From assembly GCA_052148655.1 (NCBI GenBank), contig JBKQHU010000088.1, positions 23,181 through 87,180 on the forward strand: 64,000 nt of DNA, in the 5' to 3' direction. Below are positions 58,203 through 64,000 of this stretch, one piece after another. The translations under genes were made by a program, and so were the position numbers. The notes beneath the pieces are model-generated. The model was given only the letters and a program-made list of their open reading frames with translations, was not told where the DNA came from and did not search any database. Positions within the stretch are counted from its first letter, which is position 1. Each line of letters opens with the position of its first letter. Source of the DNA: Acidimicrobiales bacterium (GTDB lineage: Bacteria > Actinomycetota > Acidimicrobiia > Acidimicrobiales > Bog-793).

Positions 58203-58286
58203 CGACCCGAGAGCAGCTACCCAATGCCGGGTGTCGGATACGCCTACCGGTGCGACTGCGGGCGGGGTGGGACGACTGCAGCCGGC

Positions 58287-58499
58287 TCAGCGCTTGGTCT
58301 TGCGCTGGCCGTAACGGCGCTCGAAGCGCTCCACGCGTCCACCTGTGTCCACGAGCTTCTGCTTGCCCGTGTAGAAGGGGTGGCATTCGTTGCACAGCTC
58401 GACGTGCAGGTCGGACCTCGTCGATCGCGTGGTGAAGGTGTTCCCGCACGAGCAACGAACCGACGCCGTCGAGTAGGCGGGATGAATGTCTGTCTTCAT
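58287..58499 (-). CDS. rpmE: 50S ribosomal protein L31 (Zn-ribbon form)
   Basis: [27 protein letters not shown]...[19 protein letters not shown] at 58499 with GGAGAC upstream. The track ORF is over-extended to 58667. Confidence 0.93.
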   Translation of the reverse strand: MKTDIHPAYSTASVRCSCGNTFTTRSTRSDLHVELCNECHPFYTGKQKLVDTGGRVERFERRYGQRKTKR

Positions 58500-58557
58500 G
58501 ATGTCTCCATTGTAAACCGGGCGGGGCCGCGCTCCGCCAAGACGACGCTTTCGTTGT

Positions 58558-60507
58558 TCAGCCGCCGGGGATCGGTGCCTTGGCGATCTCGGCCAGGAAC
58601 TCGTCGTTGGATCGAGTGGTCTTGATCTTGTCCATGAGCAGCTCGAGGCCGGCTCCACCGCCCCCATCGCTGCCGAGGGCGTTCAGCACGCGGCGCAGCT
58701 TCCAGACCTGTTGGAGCTGGGAGCGGTCGAAGAGCAGCTCCTCGTGGCGTGTCGAGCTGGCGTTGACGTCGATCGCCGGGTAGATCCGCCGTTCGGCCAG
58801 TTTTCGGTCGAGACGGAGCTCCATGTTGCCGGTGCCCTTGAACTCCTCGAAGATCACCTCGTCCATCTTCGAGCCCGTCTCCACGAGGGCGGTCGCGAGG
58901 ATCGTGAGCGAGCCCCCTTCTTCGATGTTGCGGGCCGCGCCGAAGAACTTCTTCGGCGGGTAGAGGGCACCTGAGTCCACGCCGCCGGACATGATGCGGC
59001 CGGTCGCCGGCTGGGCCAGGTTGTAGGCCCGGGCGAGACGGGTGATCCCGTCCAGGATGATCACGACGTCCCTGCCGAGCTCGACCAGGCGTTTGGCCCT
59101 CTCGATGGCGAGCTCCGCCACGGTGGTGTGCTCATCGGCCGGACGGTCGAAGGTCGAGGCGATCACCTCGCCCTTCACCGAACGGCGCCAGTCCGTGGCC
59201 TCCTCGGGTCGCTCGTCCACGAGAAGGACCATGAGGTGCACGCTCGGGTCGTTCTGCTCTATCGAGTGGGCGATCTGCTTGAGGATCGTCGTCTTGCCCG
59301 CCTTGGGCGGCGACACGATCATGCTCCGCTGCCCCTTGCCGATGGGCGAGATCAGATCGACGATGCGCGCCGTGGTGTTGAGCGGGTCGTCCTTCAGCTC
59401 CAGGCGCATCCGCTGGTCGGGGAACAGCGGCGTGAGGTCCTCGAAGCGCGGCCGGTCACGTGCCTCTTCGGCCGACATCCCACAGACACTGTCGATGCGC
59501 AATAGTGCCGGGTACTTCTCGCTCGGCCCAGCCGGGCGGCAGGCACCCTCGATGGCGTCACCGCGGCGCAACGAGAACCTGCGCGCCTGCGAGACCGATA
59601 TGTAGACGTCCTTGCCGCTCGGCAGGTACCCACTGGTACGCAGGAAGCCGTAGCCCTCGTCCCTCAGGTCGAGCAATCCGCGAACGGGCACGAGCTCGCC
59701 CTGCCACGCGACTTCCTGACCTCCACCCTGCGGTTCTTGACCGACCCGCTCCCGGTCGCGTCCGCGGCGGCGCCGGCCACGACGGTTGCCCGCGTCGATC
59801 TGGCCTCCCTGGCCGATCTGGCCACCCTGATTGCCTCTTCCGGGCTGAGAGTGCTGAGGCTGACGTTGCGGACGCGTAGTCGTAGAGACCTCCCCGGACA
59901 CCCGATCGGCAGTCTCGGCACCTGCACGGGCACCGCCGGGCGAGCCCGAGGTGAGCTCACCCGAGTCGTGGGATGCGCCACCTTGAGCCGGCGACCGGCT
60001 CCCCCGACCGAAGCTGCCCGCCAGGACCGCCGCCGCGCCCTGCGCGACCGCGTCCTCGCCCGGGCCCTGGGCATCGTTCCCGTTGACGGCCACAGTGCTC
60101 TGAGACGGCACCTCATCGATACTCCCGCCCTGCCCATGAGCCTGCCCGCCGCCACTGCCGTTCACTTCGGCGTGGTCTGGCGTCACGTCCGACGAGCGCG
60201 GCTTGACCGTACGGGCCCTCGAGGTGCGGCCTCGCGCCGGCTTGGACGCGGAAGCGTCCTCAGCATCGGCCACCGGGGCCTTGTCGGCGGCGCCGTTGGA
60301 CAACGGCGACTGCAGCGACGCCGCGCCACTCGCATGCAGGGGCGCAGTGCCCTCGACCTCGACGCCGGCGGCACGCAGGATCTGGTTCACCAGATCCGCC
60401 TTGCGCAGACGCGCGACGGGCTCGAGGGACATGGCGGTCGCGATTGCCCGAAGCTCGTCGCTCGCTTTTCGCTCGAGGATCGAACGTTCGAGCTGTTCTT
60501 CGCTCAT
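58558..60507 (-). CDS. rho: transcription termination factor Rho with a large N-terminal insertion
   Basis: ATG at 60507 ([23 protein letters not shown]). GYGFLR, P-loop [35 protein letters not shown] ~215-aa hydrophilic Gly/Arg/Gln-rich insert follows the N-terminal helix bundle. Confidence 0.95.
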   Translation of the reverse strand: MSEEQLERSILERKASDELRAIATAMSLEPVARLRKADLVNQILRAAGVEVEGTAPLHASGAASLQSPLSNGAADKAPVADAEDASASKPARGRTSRARTVKPRSSDVTPDHAEVNGSGGGQAHGQGGSIDEVPSQSTVAVNGNDAQGPGEDAVAQGAAAVLAGSFGRGSRSPAQGGASHDSGELTSGSPGGARAGAETADRVSGEVSTTTRPQRQPQHSQPGRGNQGGQIGQGGQIDAGNRRGRRRRGRDRERVGQEPQGGGQEVAWQGELVPVRGLLDLRDEGYGFLRTSGYLPSGKDVYISVSQARRFSLRRGDAIEGACRPAGPSEKYPALLRIDSVCGMSAEEARDRPRFEDLTPLFPDQRMRLELKDDPLNTTARIVDLISPIGKGQRSMIVSPPKAGKTTILKQIAHSIEQNDPSVHLMVLLVDERPEEATDWRRSVKGEVIASTFDRPADEHTTVAELAIERAKRLVELGRDVVIILDGITRLARAYNLAQPATGRIMSGGVDSGALYPPKKFFGAARNIEEGGSLTILATALVETGSKMDEVIFEEFKGTGNMELRLDRKLAERRIYPAIDVNASSTRHEELLFDRSQLQQVWKLRRVLNALGSDGGGGAGLELLMDKIKTTRSNDEFLAEIAKAPIPGG

Positions 60508-60889
60508 CAGCTTCCTCTCTGGATCTCTGTTGCTTGAGGTGCATGTTCGGAGGTGGTACCCGGGCCTTCCGGGATCCCGCGATGTCGGTGCTCCCCCGTT
60601 TTTCTCACGACATACCCTGCCGGTCCGTGACCCCGGACCGGTTCGGGTCATGCATCGATCCGAGCCTGCAATCCGTCGGTGGGAGTTTCCCGCACAGAAC
60701 AAGTCATCGACTTCGCCGGATCACACAGCCCAATCAGTGGGTGCCCACGGTGGCTAGTGCGTCTGCACGGGAGGAAACACCAGTATAGGCAATAACAGGG
60801 AAAGGGCCTCTGCGATTCCCGCCGCCCCATTCGGGTCGCCCGCCCCGGAGGGCGAGCTGGCGTCCGCAATGACCAACCAGGGCAAACGC

Positions 60890-60918
60890 ATACTAGCGAG
60901 GAGTCGGGCCATCGGCAA
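60890..60918 (-). promoter_or_regulatory. candidate promoter for rho
   Basis: TTGCCG (60913..60918), a 17-nt spacer, then TAGTAT (60890..60895). This would give a ~375-nt 5' UTR. A second -10-like TATACT lies at 60782..60787. Confidence 0.3.
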
Positions 60919-60941
60919 ACACCGGTGGCGTTCCGGGACCC

Positions 60942-62993
60942 TCAGCCGGCCGCCGGCCGCTCGATTCGGGACACGCCCGAGGCCTCGATCGCCTGGGCCG
61001 ACTCGGGCTGAGCCATCGGGATCGGTGACGCGGCCGGCTGTGCGGGGGCTTCGAGGCGGCTCATGCGAAGGCGCTGGCAGGGGTGCACGACATAGCAGTA
61101 GGTGACGAGATTGTCCCGCGAGCAGGCGCCCATCTCCACGATGGTCGTGCCGAGCCGCCACCCTCCGGACGGGTCGGGCCGTGCCGACTTTACGACAACG
61201 GTTCCCGCCACATGGAGCGTTTTGCCATCGAGCCCCGGCAACGCCGACTCGAGGTGCAACAGCGATCCCTTTTCGATCGCGGCCGAGACCAACAGGCCGA
61301 TGCCGGACAATGAGACGTCTACAACTCGCCCGTAGGAGTGCTCTCTGCCGCTGTCGGCGATCGCCGCCGGCGCAAGGCAGCCGAAGCGGACCTGCTCGCG
61401 TCGCTGGCGTCTGCGGAAAACGATCCGCAGTGATTGGACTATCCGGTAGAGCTCCCAGGTCCCAAGGAGCATCGCGGACGTCGCCGCGCACGCCGGCAGT
61501 GACCGCGCGTGCACGTAGCCGAGGACGCCGAGCCCCCGCCACACGAGCCCGCAGGCCAGGGCAAGGGCTGAGACAGCCACCAGCTTGAGACGAGCAAGTG
61601 AGGGGAGACCGCCGGCACCGGCGCCGGACTTCGGGGTGACCTTGAACTTGGTCCGCGACGGCACGAGGGCACATCGCTGCGCACGCGTGAAGATGGCGGC
61701 GGTGACGAGGGTGTAGTGAGACGACTCCCCTGTGCGCAGGTGCCCGCGGCACAACGCGGTCGCCGTGGTCACAGCGAGGATGGTCCAGGGGGCCCACAGC
61801 ACCGCGAGACTGAGCAGGCTCATGCGGGCCCGCAGCACGCCGGCGACAAGGACTGCGACGAGGAGCCAGATCATCGCCAGGCGCGAGGCGCCGGCGCCGT
61901 AGGCGAACAGGCTGCCGAAGTAGGAGAACCTCTGGCGCACGCCGAGGCGCGAACGAAGCCTCAGGGGAGACTCGTGCAGGTGGAAAACGGCCAGGTTGCC
62001 GCGCGCCCAGCGGTCGCGCTGCTACAGGTAGCCGTCGAGGTCCAAAGGAGCCAGCCCCTGCACGAGGATCTCGTCGTGGTAATGGGTCCTCCACCCCGCC
62101 TCGTGCATCTTGATGGTCGTGTGGAAGTCCTCGGCGATCGTCTCGGTGGCGACCCCCCCCCGATCTCGACAAGAGCTCTCCGACGCAAGATCGCCGCCGA
62201 GCCGCACCAGTAAGCGCCGTTGTGACGGTCCTTGCCCGGGCAGACCACCTCGAAGAACAGGCTCTGCTCGTGGCGGCCGACCTCGTAGTGTTGCACCGAG
62301 TCCTGGTTGTAGAAGTCGTGCGGGCTCTGGACGAGGGCGACCTTCTCATCGTCGAAGTAGCCGACGGTCGCGTCGAGGGCGTCTGGAAGGCACGTGGTCG
62401 GCGTCGAGGCAAAAGATCAGCTCACCGCTCGTCACACCGAGCGCGTGGTTTATGTTGCCCGCCTTGGCGTGGGAATTGTCAGGCCGGCTGATCCAGTGTG
62501 CGCCCCACTCCGCCGCCGGAGCCTCCATCTCGCTTCGCCGACCGTCGTCCAAGAGGTAGGTCTCGTGCGGGTAGCGCAGGGCCGCGCATCTCGCGAGCGT
62601 CGGTTCGACCACCTCGCGCGGCTCGTCGTAAGTGGCGACGAAGACGTCGACGAGGTAGCCGGGTGTGGCCGCGGGTCGTCGCGGAGGTGACCAACGCCAA
62701 CCGTAGAAGGCCAGGAACACGAGCGAGGTGAAGTTGTACAGCTCCACGAACCACAGGACATAGAACGCCTCCGGGTTCGCCGCCCGTCCGGTCTCGAGGA
62801 GCCGCCAGGCGAGGTAGGCGCATCCCCAGGCGAGCGCGACGACCGCGACCGCCCTCAACAGCCGCGGCTGCAGCTCCCACCAGTGGCCGGCCCGTGTCTG
62901 AGGAGCCCTCGTCGCCCGCCAGTCTCCCGGCCCGTCAGCGACTGCGATCGGTTCGTCCTCACCGGTGCCAGATGTCCTCGGGTGGTGTTCCAC
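60942..62993 (-). pseudogene. cellulose-synthase-like GT2 with a C-terminal PilZ domain (BcsA-like), disrupted by two frameshifts and one in-frame stop
   Basis: Homology runs through three reading-frame segments. First: VDVFVATYDEP, YLLDDGRR, AKAGNINHAL, LDADHV. Second (frame change near 62385..62395): LPDALDATVGYFDDEKVALVQSPHDFYN...GKDRHNGAYWCGSAAILRRRALVEIGG. Third (frame change at the G9 run 62153..62161): VATETIAEDFHTTIKMHEAGWRTHY...LDGYL, then TAG, then QRDRWARGN. After that come TM helices and the PilZ motifs RRRQRR and DVSLSGIG. Confidence 0.8.
62153..62161 (-). repeat. G9 homopolymer (C9 on the plus strand) at a frameshift site
   Basis: Counted directly: gcga-ccccccccc-gatc. A G7 or G10 run would keep EIGG(G)VATETIAEDF in frame. 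Confidence 0.9.
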
Positions 62994-63113
62994 ACAAGGA
63001 TGATCGCCCCCTGCGAGGAGACTTTCGAACGCTGAGAGCGGTATTCACCCCCGATTTCACCCTGTTCGACCACTCCTCGCGTTCAACTGGGGATCGGGAC
63101 CTGACCTGTCACA

Positions 63114-64000
63114 TCAGAGCCCGAGCGCCGCCAGCACGGAGCTGAGGTCGGCGTCGACGACGGCGGGGACCGACACTTGGCTGATCGCCAGGTCTGGGTC
63201 CTTCAGCCCGTGACCGGTCAGCACGCAAACGACCGTGGCGCCTTCCGGCACCGAGGTCTTCAGCAAACCCGCGACAGAAGCTGCCGAGGCCGCTTCGCAG
63301 AAGACGGACTCCTCGGTGGCGAGGAAACGGTACGCGTCCAGGATCTCCGTGTCGGTCACGGCGTAGATGCCACCACCGGACTCCGACGCCGCAGCTGTCG
63401 CCCCGTACCAGGAAGCCGGGTTCCCGATCCTGATCGCCGTCGCCACCGTCTCCGGCTCGGCGATCGGATGACCGGCAACGATCGGAGCGGCCCCGGCCGC
63501 CTGGAAACCGAACATTCTGGGCAGCTTCGTCGCGCGCCCGGCGTTGCGGTACTCGCAGTAGCCGCGCCAATAGGCGGTGATGTTGCCGGCGTTGCCCACC
63601 GGGATGCAGTGGACCTCGGGGGCGTCGCCGAGACGGTCCACGATCTCGAAGGCGCCCGTCTTCTGTCCCTCGATGCGGAACGGGTTCACCGAATTCACGA
63701 CCACGACCGGCGCCCGGGCGGGCAGCTCCCTCACGACTTCGAGCGCGACATCGAAGTTGCCCCGCACCTGCAGGACCCGGGCGCCGTGCACGAGCGCCTG
63801 GGCTAGCTTGCCGAGGGCGATGTGGCCCTCGGGGATGAGCACCGAACAGGTCATCCCGGCCCGGGCGGCGTAGGCCGCCGCGGAGGCGGAGGTGTTGCCG
63901 GTCGAGGCGCAGACAACGGCCTTAACGCCGTCCTCGGCGGCCTTCGATATGGCCATCGTCATGCCCCGGTCCTTGAAAGAGCCGGTGGGATTCGCTCCCT
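63114..64000 (-). CDS. thrC: threonine synthase; N-terminal end runs off the right edge
   Basis: The minus-strand frame stays open to the window edge. It reads [41 protein letters not shown] (PLP-lysine region), then [13 protein letters not shown] and [11 protein letters not shown]. Confidence 0.9.
   Translation of the reverse strand, partial: GANPTGSFKDRGMTMAISKAAEDGVKAVVCASTGNTSASAAAYAARAGMTCSVLIPEGHIALGKLAQALVHGARVLQVRGNFDVALEVVRELPARAPVVVVNSVNPFRIEGQKTGAFEIVDRLGDAPEVHCIPVGNAGNITAYWRGYCEYRNAGRATKLPRMFGFQAAGAAPIVAGHPIAEPETVATAIRIGNPASWYGATAAASESGGGIYAVTDTEILDAYRFLATEESVFCEAASAASVAGLLKTSVPEGATVVCVLTGHGLKDPDLAISQVSVPAVVDADLSSVLAALGL

Noticed and set aside
60754-60891. A 45-codon ORF (MRLPWLVIADASS...PPVQTH) in the rho leader
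   Set aside because: Its ATG overlaps the candidate -10 element. It has no SD and no recognisable family, and it is simply the tail of a long spurious frame. The evidence for coding is insufficient.
62994-63113. A possible c-di-GMP riboswitch or other leader upstream of the BcsA-like gene
   Set aside because: I could not recognise GEMM-type conserved elements or a convincing structure by eye in this 120-nt gap. A covariance-model search would be needed to decide.

Overview
This is a visibly high-GC, densely packed chromosomal segment of actinobacterial type. The taxon is inferred only from gene order and protein features. It holds about 60 CDS, almost all core metabolism or housekeeping. Left to right: leuB, an ABC-2 exporter, greA-leuCD, then a minus-strand block of aminotransferase-serA-flavin reductase-leuA facing serC. 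Next come a GT2, a nucleoside phosphorylase, ilvBNC, ilvD, esterase-gatCAB, SCP2/SDR, ligA plus a PASTA Ser/Thr kinase, adh, hydrolase-cysteine desulfurase-mnmA, galT, treS-mak, murA-meaB, a 2H-phosphoesterase/GNAT fusion and an LLM oxidoreductase. The window ends with a full F1Fo ATP synthase operon, glyA, rpiB, tsaC, prmC, prfA, a flavodoxin-like gene, rpmE, rho, a disrupted BcsA-like GT2-PilZ gene and thrC. I recognised no rRNA, tRNA, CRISPR array, IS element or prophage gene by eye. I found no convincing evidence for a wholly new multi-gene system. The most noteworthy items are: (1) two leader-peptide transcription attenuators (a Leu-codon leader before leuA, an L-V-L-I leader before ilvBNC) that share one promoter-to-ATG geometry suggesting leaderless translation; (2) a cellulose-synthase-like GT2-PilZ gene in the slot between thrC and rho, carrying two mutually compensating frameshifts (one in a G9 run) and an in-frame TAG just before QxxRW; (3) a 2H phosphoesterase fused to a GNAT acetyltransferase; (4) an ATP synthase stalk with two b-type genes and an internally duplicated delta, resembling an unfused version of the mycobacterial b-delta. 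Many long ORFs in the track are antisense or out-of-frame artefacts of high GC and were rejected. All functional calls rest on motif recognition by eye; no database search was run.
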